DNA of 63,868 bases, counting the filler, from Octopus bimaculoides (Eukaryota): NCBI RefSeq assembly GCF_001194135.2. It is 8 parts of 5 records of this genome, joined end to end, with 100 filler letters (N's around TTAATTAATTAA, not from the genome) between each part and the next. Parts side by side here need not be neighbours in the genome. Positions count along the whole stretch, not along the records: positions 1 to 10,034 come from NC_068991.1; positions 10,135 to 39,443 come from NC_068993.1; 6 more parts are not named here. One strand, 5' to 3'. Under the pieces are notes generated by a model. It did no database searches, was not told where the DNA came from, and saw only the letters and a program-made list of their open reading frames with translations. The first letter of the stretch is position 1. Each line of letters starts with the position of its first letter. This document shows, one piece after another, positions 1-11,340 of the stretch. Both the position numbers and the translations under genes were made by a program.

Positions 1-792
1 ATATATATATATATACACGTGTGTGTTTGTGTGTGTATACATAGATACAAACAAATATGTGTCAGTGTGTGTGAATGTATGTTTATATGTATGTTCATAT
101 GCATGTGTATATACGATATATGTATGTGTGCGTGTGCGTGTGTGTGTGTGTGTGTCTGTATAAGTGTGCATATGCATGTGTACGTTAATGTTTCTAATGT
201 ACACACCTCTGTGTCTCTACCAAGCTAATGTAAGTAATGTGTATCTATATTTGTATTCATGTTACTTTCCACATAAACTACGTATATATTTTCCTAATTT
301 TATGTATGTGTTTGTGTGCGCATGCGTCTGCATATGTATATATGTATGTATGTATGTATGCTTACGCGCCTGCTTGTTTATGTGCATGTACGCGTATATA
401 TATATATTTGTGTATGCTTATGAAGTGCAGTGGAGAGTGCAAACACCACCCTCTCACGTCACGCTCTAACTAATGGACCGTGATGTCACACAGCGTAATA
501 TAGTCGCGTCCATTTCATCTTGTGCTCATCGCAAGAATATTAATTATCAATGGCCAATAACACGTAGGGAAAACATTTCAAACAGTCTTCAGACCATTTT
601 CTACTTAGACCCTGGCCATCTCACCTGATCACGATTAATCATCGGCCAGAATTGCTTTCATTACCTGATACGAGGATGTGTGAAGGTATTACTGAATACA
701 GACATATACAGTTGCACACATGCACACACACACACAAAAAAAAACAGGCAAACACATGTAGATACATAGATACATGCATACATAAATACACG

Positions 793-844
<52 letters not shown>

Positions 845-1276
845 NNNNNNNNNNNNNNNNNNNNNNNNNNNNNNNNNNNNNNNNNNNNNNNNNNNNNNNN
901 NNNNNNNNNNNNNNNNNNNNNNNNNNNNNNNNNNNNNNNNNNNNNNNNNNNNNNNNNNNNNNNNNNNNNNNNNNNNNNNNNNNNNNNNNNNNNNNNNNNN
1001 NNNNNNNNNNNNNNNNNNNNNNNNNNNNNNNNNNNNNNNNNNNNNNNNNNNNNNNNNNNNNNNNNNNNNNNNNNNNNNNNNNNNNNNNNNNNNNNNNNNN
1101 NNNNNNNNNNNNNNNNNNNNNNNNNNNNNNNNNNNNNNNNNNNNNNNNNNNNNNNNNNNNNNNNNNNNNNNNNNNNNNNNNNNNNNNNNNNNNNNNNNNN
1201 NNNNNNNNNNNNNNNNNNNNNNNNNNNNNNNNNNNNNNNNNNNNNNNNNNNNNNNNNNNNNNNNNNNNNNNNNNNN

Positions 1277-1315
<39 letters not shown>

Positions 1316-2066
1316 CGTGTGTATGTGTGTAAGAGAAAGTTTGATGTGACGATCTCAATCAGATAGTATCATGTAAGGAATGGTCTGAATGCAAATGCGT
1401 TTAAAGCGGTAATACGTCTGTAAGTACACCCCTACACACACACCCACACACACAGACAAACACACTCGCACAGTTACACATACAAACCCGCAAAGTAATG
1501 CATACATACATCTATATAGATGTGTGCGTGTGTGTGTGTGTATATATATATATTCATATATAGTGACAACGCTTAATGAAACAGTTATGGGTTGTGTTTT
1601 TTTATTGGTAGTATGTTACTTATTAGTCAATATTTTCAGATTTTTTTTATTTTATTCTGAAATATTTTTGTTATCGTGTGAAGTGACTTAATTTGAAAAG
1701 GTAATATCGTTGAAGAGCTCATTTCTGGCCACTCGAAGTTGTAAAGTCGATGATGAACCGGAGATAAAAAAAAAAAAAGTAAGAACCTGAATATTTATGG
1801 TTTAGTTCGCGAGTAGCTTTAATAATTGTAACTTTTATAGTAATTTTTGACCTGCCCGTAGATAGTCGTGATAGATATAGATCGAAAGATAGATTGTTGC
1901 GGTCGAATTATTCATAGATGGACCGATAGATAGTTAAAGAGAATCAAGACAGGTGCAAGTGCTACATATGCGTGCACGAAATATCAACTCACACACATAT
2001 AAATATATGTTTTGTGCGATGGAGAGTGAGAACTTGCAAATTTCAACGGCCTAAAGAAGTCGTAAT

Positions 2067-2139
2067 GTTGCTTTGGTGTAGTGGCAAGCATAGCAACACG
2101 GCTTACAGCAGGCGCGGGTGTTCGAATCTTGCAGATGAC
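2067..2139 (+). pseudogene. Degenerate tRNA-like sequence (tRNA pseudogene or SINE head)
   Basis: A-box TGGTGTAGTGG and B-box GTTCGAATC at tRNA spacing. T-stem GCGGG/CTTGC carries a 2-nt insertion and the anticodon arm does not fold. Confidence 0.45.
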
Positions 2140-2199
2140 GCTATATCATTTTTCTATGCTCTTCTATATTAGATATCACTGTACCGTCCAGATTACACT

Positions 2200-2683
2200 T
2201 TGTAACCCGATTTTTGTCCTTGGGTTATAACTGTTATTTCTTAATTGCTCACCCCTAGAAAGTATGAAAAACAGCTAATATTTCCTTCAAACTTTGATTT
2301 TATTATATTTATTCGAACCCCAAAGAATCCTTCTTAACACATGGCTATGATGCTCCCCCACTACTCCTGCTCATGATCAGAGATGTACATATTGTCAGCC
2401 GCTAAGGGACATGCTCAACTGGTTAAGGTCAAGCAACTGACAAGCAAACACCTGGTATTGAGCAGAATATTTGCTATAACGCTATTCCTGCTTCGGCAAC
2501 TCAACGCTGAATCTGTTTGAAATGTAATGGAAAATAAGTCAGTTTCAAAACATTGATGTCCAGGTGCAAAAGCAAAGTTTGAAGGGAATATTAGTCATTT
2601 CCTTTGATTTCTTGAAAGAAACAAATAGGAAATAACACTTACTGACCAATGACAAAAAAAAATATTTTAATTTTGTTACCCTG
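2200..2683. mobile_element. Non-autonomous DNA element (MITE) with long imperfect terminal inverted repeats
   Basis: 2215-2300 (tttgtccttgg..tgttatttcttaattg..ctaatatttccttcaaactttgatttt) is the reverse complement of 2575-2665 (caaaagcaaagtttgaagggaatattag..caaataggaaataac..caatgacaaa). Right end reads CAGGGT on the minus strand, a Tc1/mariner-type terminus. Left terminus is not clean. Confidence 0.6.
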
Positions 2684-2789
2684 TTATTGGATGTTGTTAT
2701 ACATTGCTGGTCACGATGTGCTTCTTTACATTGTTGTACATTTCGAATGATGTCACCCCGTTGGCTAGGCAGGCAAACCAACATCCCCC

Positions 2790-2936
2790 ACCCGAACAGA
2801 ATGCCAGCCCGTCTCAAGGTTACCTATTTACAGCTGAATGGACTAGAGCAACGTAAAATAAAGTGTTTTGCTCAAGGATGCAACGCACTGCCTGTCCGGA
2901 AATCGAAGCACGATCTTACGATCATAAGTCACCTCC
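2790..2936 (-). mobile_element. tRNA-derived SINE (family C head and central domain)
   Basis: Minus strand reads gatcgtaagatcgtgcttcgatttccgg..gcgttgcatccttgagcaaaacactttattttacgttgctctagtccattcagctg; the same head occurs at 21480-21605 and 38482. Confidence 0.7.
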
Positions 2937-3059
2937 ATATATTAGATATATATATATATAAAATAATGTATCGATTGAGATCCCATTGACAGAACACTAG
3001 TATGCCATTGCAGCCACTTAATGTATGTCTAGTTTTGATAATAATAATAACATCGAAAA

Positions 3060-3205
3060 ATATCTTAGGAATGAGAACCCAGGTTCGAAATTTCCCCAAG
3101 ACACCTGAAGAAGGCTGGAGGGTACATCAGCCGAAACTTTGTGTTAACAACAAACAAGATAAGGACAAATATCCGTCGAATGTAAATAATGTAAATAATG
3201 TGTCT
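3060..3205 (+). mobile_element. Penelope-like element terminal-repeat fragment containing a minimal hammerhead motif (3100-3145)
   Basis: GACAC-CTGAAGA-A-GGCTG(gagggtacat)CAGCC-GAAACTT-T-GTGTT: stem I, core, stem II and GAAA are all present. The helix-III palindrome reads ACTT instead of ACGT. Confidence 0.65.
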
Positions 3206-3269
3206 AGTTTAGATGTTCAAGCTACATGTATATTGTCATTATTTGATACATAATATGTGTGTGTGTGTG

Positions 3270-3350
3270 TAGCTGCATGCAAGGCTGTGTGGTAAGAAAA
3301 GAAGCTTGCTTCCCAACCACATGGTCCAGGTTCAGTCCTGCCGCATGATA
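3270..3350 (+). mobile_element. SINE family B 5' head (truncated by gap)
   Basis: ggctgtgtggtaag..aagcttgcttcccaaccacatggtccaggttcagtcc matches the heads at 6700 and 60430. Confidence 0.75.
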
Positions 3351-3929
3351 NNNNNNNNNNNNNNNNNNNNNNNNNNNNNNNNNNNNNNNNNNNNNNNNNN
3401 NNNNNNNNNNNNNNNNNNNNNNNNNNNNNNNNNNNNNNNNNNNNNNNNNNNNNNNNNNNNNNNNNNNNNNNNNNNNNNNNNNNNNNNNNNNNNNNNNNNN
3501 NNNNNNNNNNNNNNNNNNNNNNNNNNNNNNNNNNNNNNNNNNNNNNNNNNNNNNNNNNNNNNNNNNNNNNNNNNNNNNNNNNNNNNNNNNNNNNNNNNNN
3601 NNNNNNNNNNNNNNNNNNNNNNNNNNNNNNNNNNNNNNNNNNNNNNNNNNNNNNNNNNNNNNNNNNNNNNNNNNNNNNNNNNNNNNNNNNNNNNNNNNNN
3701 NNNNNNNNNNNNNNNNNNNNNNNNNNNNNNNNNNNNNNNNNNNNNNNNNNNNNNNNNNNNNNNNNNNNNNNNNNNNNNNNNNNNNNNNNNNNNNNNNNNN
3801 NNNNNNNNNNNNNNNNNNNNNNNNNNNNNNNNNNNNNNNNNNNNNNNNNNNNNNNNNNNNNNNNNNNNNNNNNNNNNNNNNNNNNNNNNNNNNNNNNNNN
3901 NNNNNNNNNNNNNNNNNNNNNNNNNATAT

Positions 3930-4075
3930 ACAGTCAATTCAAATAAACGAATAAAGAAAACGTAAAAAGCGAACGTGAGAACGTGCACAAGAAATGTATT
4001 AGCTTGACGCTCGGTGAAAGAAGAGAGTTTGACATTTCGAGCATAACTCTTCGTCAGAAAGGAGAAAGGGAAAAG
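3930..4075 (-). mobile_element. Penelope-like terminal-repeat fragment
   Basis: Minus strand ctgacgaagagttatgctcgaaatgtcaaactctc..ccgagcgtcaagctaatac is homologous to 41833-41905. Confidence 0.6.
4028..4060 (-). ncRNA. Minimal type-I hammerhead ribozyme motif
   Basis: Minus strand TTT-CTGACGA-A-GAG(TTATG)CTC-GAA-ATGT-C-AAA: CUGANGA core, 3-bp stem II, GAAA, GUC cleavage triplet and 3-bp stem I. Confidence 0.55.
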
Positions 4076-4079
4076 TCCA

Positions 4080-4748
4080 AAGATGGACCTTGCAGCAGCA
4101 ACCCTCTCCAGCCATGTTTGACCACAGCCTCCAGCAACTTTACATAGCTGTTTGAATTGAGCCTAAGGCCTTGTCCGCCAGTTGTTGGATGAAATCCAGC
4201 GTGTGGACGCAGCCAAGACGCCTATTGTGCCACTTTCTGCTGTCAAAGGAATCGGAGTTCCCGCTGCAGCTGTCCATATCACGCCTTACAGCCTTTGCAG
4301 TGTTCACAGAGCATTGTACAGCACTCATGATGTTGGCATTTTGATACCCGGTGCGAATCATCAATTTACAGGCAACACTTTTCCAATATTCAGATGGCTT
4401 CCTGTCCTCCATATCAGTCAACTTTTTCTCAACTACAACTTTAACCTTTATGCTTTCCAACGCCGTTGACTGTTCACCAATACATCAAGCTCTTCCTGAA
4501 AAAAGAAGACATAGGGAATCGTCAAATTTAGCCAGAACCCGCTGTAGTTTCAGTTTAATTTCGTTTATATCACTCAGTTTTGTTTTTAATGTGTCCTTAA
4601 TTCTTCCAATGAATCGCATGCGTTCATTTGAAGTCTAATTTATCTACAATAGTTGAAACACAGTCTATACTTTCAGAAACACTTTTTAATTACGATGTCA
4701 ACTCCGAACGTTAATTGAAACTCATCAATTTGTAGCGTATTCACTTAC
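4080..4748 (-). mobile_element. Internally deleted Tc1/mariner-superfamily (maT-like) transposon relic
   Basis: ORF 4460-4140 encodes an HTH-like N-terminus (..IRTGYQNANIMSAVQCSVNTAKAVRRD..RKWHNRRLGCVHTLDFI). It is fused to a catalytic-domain remnant KLLEAVVK-[frameshift]-WLERVAA at 4140-4090. A TIR-like sequence lies near 4725-4748. Confidence 0.65.
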
Positions 4749-4782
4749 CAAAGTTATATGTAAATGTATTGCTCTAATTAAT

Positions 4783-4847
<65 letters not shown>

Positions 4848-5005
4848 TATATGTATCTATNNNNNNNNNNNNNNNNNNNNNNNNNNNNNNNNNNNNNNNN
4901 NNNNNNNNNNNNNNNNNNNNNNNNNNNNNNNNNNNNNNNNNNNNNNNNNNNNNNNNNNNNNNNNNNNNNNNNNNNNNNNNNNNNNNNNNNNNNNNNNNNN
5001 NNNNN

Positions 5006-5059
<54 letters not shown>

Positions 5060-6439
5060 CGTATGTATGTATGTATGTATGCATTTATGCATCCTGTTTA
5101 TTTTATTCGAATCTATCATCGATTAAGCATCTATATTTATAGTCTTACATAAGAATTAGATTCCTAAACTTAATCCAGCTTTACATTGCAATGTATAAAA
5201 TATCTGAATATTTGACTATAAAATAAATATATACACATTTTGCTAATTGCATTTGCATACACACTCACACACACATACACACGTGCACACAATCACACAC
5301 ACGCACATCCGCGCACACCCACATATGTATGGATGTATGTATGTATGTACGAACACATATGCATACGTGCATATGTACAAACATACACATATACACACAC
5401 AGCGAATATTGTTTATACTTCGCTTTTATAAAAGTTAGCAGACTACTTTTCCCATTATACACAACGAATAAAGAACATTTTTTTTATCATTTTGCTTATA
5501 TACCCTGTACCCAATCAATACGTGCGCGTGGCGTGTGCGTGTGGATGTATTTAGTGTGATGTGCGTGTATGTGTAGTTTATATTTGTGTTCGTGTGTGCA
5601 TGTGAGTGTGTGTGTGTGCGTGTGCACGCGTGTGCATGCGTGTGTGGGGGGAGGGGTATCGGTGAGAGTTTTTGTGTGGTGTGTGTTATGAATGTGTGCG
5701 TTTTGTGTTTGGGGTATGCGCCTTCGTGTGCATATACACACGTGTGTGTGTGTGTGTGTTTGTAACAACGGAAGTGGTTATTATCGAAAATGTTATTACG
5801 CAATGATTGTAGAATGAAATGATTTTTTTTTCTTTCTTTCATTTGATAAAAAATGACGTTTCCGTAATACTTTGCAAAATGTCGAATTAGAATAAAGATG
5901 ATATGTCCATGAAGCTGGTTATGATATCGGGGTTATATGAGGACTTCAGTAATAAACAGTTAGAAATGGTGTCTTCAGCAGGAGACCAGAAGCTGACCTG
6001 GAACAGAGAGAAAGTGTCATTGAAGAGGTCACGAATGGCGACGAAATGACTTTGATAAACACAACTGATTGATCGATTAACCAAAATAAAAAAAAAACTT
6101 TCGCTGAAGTGGTCACAAGGTGTGTGACGAAAGAGCTTTGACAAAGAAACTAAAATAATATTAAAGCTGAAGTGAAGACCAAACATATATATAGTGTGTG
6201 TGTTTAATTGGAAAAATATGACCATCCCTAAGTATAACAAAACTTTTTCTTCAGAATTATAAAGCATTTGTTGTTCCTAACTTTTGAACACTGTTGCTCA
6301 AAATAGTTAACTCTTTCCTCCATTGCTTTCACTGGTCGATGGGAACACTCCTAAATTTCATACAAGCGTTCTTCATTGAATTGATGTTTTCATTTGTGTA
6401 TTTTTGTCTTTTCCTTTTAGGAATATTAGAATTGAGCTG

Positions 6440-6628
6440 AAAGAGCACAGTAAGGACGGATAGAAAACTAAATATATTCCATCAAAGGTGCCACAGAAAG
6501 GTCCTGATAGTCAACTGCGGGATCGTGTTACAAATGAGGAGATTCTGAGAGGAGTAAGGTCACAATCACTGCAAGAGATCGTGTTGCAGAGAGCCGATTC
6601 CATCTGGAGGGCTACATTTCCCGTCTAA
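6440..6628 (+). mobile_element. RTE-clade LINE ORF2 C-terminal fragment
   Basis: Frameshifted translation DRKLNIFHQRCHRKVLIVN(W)RDRVTNEEILRG..RFHLEGYISRL fits the RTE post-RT motif (FHxRCLRxIL.I.WxDxVTNEEVL..RxRWxGHV). Confidence 0.8.
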
Positions 6629-6630
6629 TC

Positions 6631-6695
6631 CAATGGTTCTCAACCAGGGCTCATATGGCCCTTGGGGGTCCATATGAGATTTTGTTGTCAAAATG
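6631..6695 (+). mobile_element. hAT-type MITE 5' end
   Basis: Starts CAATGGTTCTCAACCAGGG (hAT-like CAGTGGTTCTCAACC terminus) and has an internal hairpin catatgg..ccatatg. It is interrupted by a SINE. Confidence 0.5.
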
Positions 6696-6699
6696 CAAG

Positions 6700-6786
6700 T
6701 GCAGGCCGTGTTGTAAGAAGCTTGCTTCCCAACCACATGGTTCCGGGTTCAGCCCCACTTGGGCAAGTGTCTTCTACTATAGCCTC
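6700..6786 (+). mobile_element. SINE family B 5' head
   Basis: gtaagaagcttgcttcccaaccacatggttccgggttcagccccacttgggcaagtgtcttctactatagcctc. Confidence 0.8.
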
Positions 6787-7412
6787 ATTTTTCTTCTCAA
6801 TCATAACTATTGTAATTGCTTGACGAATTTGATTTTCCGACGGATATTTTTTCTTATTGCCTCTTTTAATATTGTTTCACAGTTTCTCAATTCTTTGAGT
6901 CTTGATATATGAATTACCGTTTTGTGTTATTTTACAATTTGCTACTTGAGGTAAGAATATACAGAAAACATTACTAAATTTAGAACATTTAGAACTTCTA
7001 GAATTTATTACATATATTTTTCAGTGTCACTATAATTTCATGCAAGTATAACTGTATAACTTCTTCACATGACATGGTTGCTACTATGTTCGATAAACGA
7101 AAATGTCTTCATGAAAATTAAAAAAAAAAAACATCGTTTTTGTTGGTTTAAGATCAATTAAAAGTATTCCCTAAACATTATTAAATGTTGAAATTCATAT
7201 TCTAACAGATATTTGTCATGATTTCATGGCGTGACTATGTGCGTGTGTGCGTGTGTGCAGGTATCACTTTAGGTTTCTTTGGGTCTACGTATGTACATAC
7301 ATATACACACGCAGGCACGCATTAGCACACGAGAGAGAGAGAGAGAGAGTGACAGACAGACAGACGGACAGACAGACAGAAACAGAGAGAGAGAGAGAGG
7401 GAAGAGCGATTA

Positions 7413-7472
<60 letters not shown>

Positions 7473-7707
7473 NNNNNNNNNNNNNNNNNNNNNNNNNNNN
7501 NNNNNNNNNNNNNNNNNNNNNNNNNNNNNNNNNNNNNNNNNNNNNNNNNNNNNNNNNNNNNNNNNNNNNNNNNNNNNNNNNNNNNNNNNNNNNNNNNNNN
7601 NNNNNNNNNNNNNNNNNNNNNNNNNNNNNNNNNNNNNNNNNNNNNNNNNNNNNNNNNNNNNNNNNNNNNNNNNNNNNNNNNNNNNNNNNNNNNNNNNNNN
7701 NNNNNNN

Positions 7708-7767
<60 letters not shown>

Positions 7768-8825
7768 ATATGTATATGTGTATGTATATATTAATGTTTG
7801 TTTTTATGTTCAGTTATAAAACAATTTTACATTAATCTGATGAGTTACTCTATACTTTTGTAGAATACAAGTCTATTATTTCATACAAGAATGTAGTTGA
7901 CAGTGACTTCGAAGTTTCGGCCAGCTAAAGCATCGCCGAAAAGCTTGGACAGTCTGGTCTCATCAATCTTAGACTCGTTCTAAGACAAAGAGACGGTATA
8001 AAGAAGAATTTATTAAATAGTTCACGTAAAGATGACGAAAAAAATAACTGATTTTCCCATATTCGAGCCATGTTTGATTCTGTCTTTCTTTGTTTCTCCT
8101 TATTTTGTGTTTAAGTGGCGGTGGAAGACGGTAGGGACATTTCTTTGTAATGCTGTTTGTTTTATCGTTATTTTTCTTTCTTTTGTGTGTGTGTGTGTTT
8201 TTGTTTTTAATATTCACTTTATGTTTCGTTTTTGTCTCCTCTGCTCTTTAACCTAAGGCCAGATTCCTTTATTCTTTTCTATTTATTCTGAACCAACCAC
8301 TGTTAATTTGTCTATAACGGATTTGTCACAAAGTTACGTACGGAGAATTAAACAGACTTTTAACTACAATAGCAGCAGAAAGGAGAATGGAGATGAAGGG
8401 AGGAGAAGGAAGACGGGGAGGTCTGAGATTATCAAAGTCAGAGAACAAGAGACGACTATACACAAACACACGTACACATACACACATACACACATACACA
8501 CATACACATATACACATATACAGGAACGAAATCATACTGCGTTCATAGAAAATCCCATGCTTCCTTCTGTGTATATACATTATACAAACACATATGCAAC
8601 TACAACGTTGTACGAACACGACAATATATACATGTGTGTGAATATGTGTGTGTGAGAGTAATATGTATATATATGTACATATACACAGACACATACATAC
8701 ATAGATACTTACACATACACACACACTCACATATATATATATATATATGTACACAGGTATATATGTATATGCATATATACCATAGTCTATATATATATAT
8801 AACGATTAATATATCAATATATATA

Positions 8826-8865
<40 letters not shown>

Positions 8866-9177
8866 NNNNNNNNNNNNNNNNNNNNNNNNNNNNNNNNNNN
8901 NNNNNNNNNNNNNNNNNNNNNNNNNNNNNNNNNNNNNNNNNNNNNNNNNNNNNNNNNNNNNNNNNNNNNNNNNNNNNNNNNNNNNNNNNNNNNNNNNNNN
9001 NNNNNNNNNNNNNNNNNNNNNNNNNNNNNNNNNNNNNNNNNNNNNNNNNNNNNNNNNNNNNNNNNNNNNNNNNNNNNNNNNNNNNNNNNNNNNNNNNNNN
9101 NNNNNNNNNNNNNNNNNNNNNNNNNNNNNNNNNNNNNNNNNNNNNNNNNNNNNNNNNNNNNNNNNNNNNNNNNNNNN

Positions 9178-9215
<38 letters not shown>

Positions 9216-10001
9216 GTAATACAAAACACCCGCGCGTAATACAAGACACACACACGTACACACAGGCACACACGCATGCACTTCATATTCATATATACTG
9301 TGTAAGAAGAAGACAATTTTCCATAGTATGGATCCATACTTGTATGAAAAATGCGGAGGAAAGAAAAGAATATCAACAAAAGAAAACAATATAAATAGAA
9401 ATGGAGTGTAATTCATCGTAACCAAATACATACTTGCATACAACACACATACATACATACATACATACATACGTACACATGGACCATTATGTATGTATGT
9501 ATGTATCTATGTATGTATGTATGTATGTATGTATGTATGTATGTATGTATGTATGTATGTATGTAGGGATGTGTGTGTGTATGTATGACAGGAAGACAAA
9601 AGATGGTATGAGGTTCATGATGTAGTCTTGTTCAGACAGAAAAAGGGAAAACTTCACAGCTGGCTTTATTGTGTGTTTGATGTCACTAGAGAAGAAAAAG
9701 TGGGTCCTTTTCCTCAGTTATTTTTTTTCCTTATTTTGGCTTCCTCCTCCCAGATGTCCCCGAGCAGTGAACAAGAGGAGGTGAACGAATTTATGTATGT
9801 GAACCTACGCTTCCTAGATCCCCATTATATATATATATATATACACATAAATGCAGATACATACACAAATACATACATACGTACATGCATACATATATAC
9901 ATGCATACATACATACATATATATATATAATACATTCATATATACATACATATATATACACATGTATATATGCATATATATATGTATATATTAATATATC
10001 A

Positions 10002-10034
<33 letters not shown>

Positions 10035-10134
10035 NNNNNNNNNNNNNNNNNNNNNNNNNNNNNNNNNNNNNNNNNNNNTTAATTAATTAANNNNNNNNNN
10101 NNNNNNNNNNNNNNNNNNNNNNNNNNNNNNNNNN
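10035..10134. other. Assembly spacer N44-TTAATTAATTAA-N44
   Basis: An identical 100-bp structure occurs seven times in the window. Confidence 0.95.
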
Positions 10135-10799
10135 CACGCATTTTTTCTATATTGATTAAATTACATGACACAAGACAATTTTTGTTATTTCCATTATCTC
10201 ATGATTGTTTAAATTATGCAAATTAGCTAGACCGTGTATGTATTCGACTTGTTTTTGAAGGCCGAAGTCTCCTACCTACAAGAGTTAAGGTCGGAATGTT
10301 GTCGTGCTGATGACATTTATTGTGGTAGAAACACGTCTGTGAATGTTCTCTTATTTCCAGATTATAAACCTGCCTTTCTCCTTAACGGCATGCTAGCTTT
10401 GAAGGAATTCGTTAATCTTGAGATTATCTCTACTTCTCGATTGATGCTGGTCTCAATAAAATTTTGGTAATGTTGATACATCTTTTGGCGGGTGGGGGTG
10501 GGGGGATTATTTAAATAAGTGAAAACTTTATGTTGTATGGTATTTGATACACCTGTATTTGTCAATAGGATACAAATGAGGAATTACAGCAACAGGTAAC
10601 CTTGAAACCTAAGATCTGAGATTCCGAGATTGTCTTTCAAGGAACCGACCCTGTTTCTTTACTCTTTTTTCTGTTATGCACAGCAGCGGACGCTAGGGGT
10701 TGCTATTTGGCGAATAGGAAGTACGATGTATGGTATGGTAAGCAACAGAAACTACATCGGGTAAAGGCACTATACAGAGTGGACGGTAAAACGGTAGGA

Positions 10800-11340
10800 A
10801 GTGTGTGTATACATGCGCGTGTGTGAAATGTGTGTGTCTGTGTATAGTGTGTATGTGTGTGCTGTATCTGCTTGCGTTGCGTGTATAAGTGTGTGTGAGA
10901 GTTGCATGTGTGTGTGTGTGTGTTCGTCTGAGTGTTGTGTTGTGTATATGTATGTGTATGTGCGTAGGCGTGCTCTGTTGTGTTTGTGTCTTGTGTGTGT
11001 GTGTGTGAGTGCGTTGTATGTCTGTGTGTGTAGGTGAGTGTATGTGTGTGAGTATATGTGCGTGTATATATGTATGTGTGTGTAGGTGAGTGTATGTGTG
11101 TGAGTGAATGTGTGTGTGTGTGTGAGTGAATGTGTGTGTGAGTGACTGTGTGTGTGAGCGTGTGCGAGTGTGTGTGTATGTGTGTGAGTGTGTGTGAGTG
11201 TGTGTGCGTGCGTGAGTGTGTTGGTATGTCTGTGTGTACGTGTGTGTAGGTGAGTGTATGTGTGTGAGTATATATATGTGTGTGTGAGTGTGCGAGTGTG
11301 TGTGAGTGTGTGTGTGCGTGCGCATGCGTGTGTGTGTGGG
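10800..11340. repeat. Degenerate (GT)n-rich tract with a recurring higher-order unit
   Basis: The unit tgtgtgtaggtgagtgtatgtgtgtgagt recurs near 11027, 11077 and 11243. Confidence 0.85.

Noticed and set aside
7905-7950. Another hammerhead-like GAAAC context on the minus strand
   Set aside because: Core and stems are too degenerate to support.
9754-9780. Possible microexon MSPSSEQEE after a strong pyrimidine tract
   Set aside because: Weak donor (GTGAAC) and no other support.
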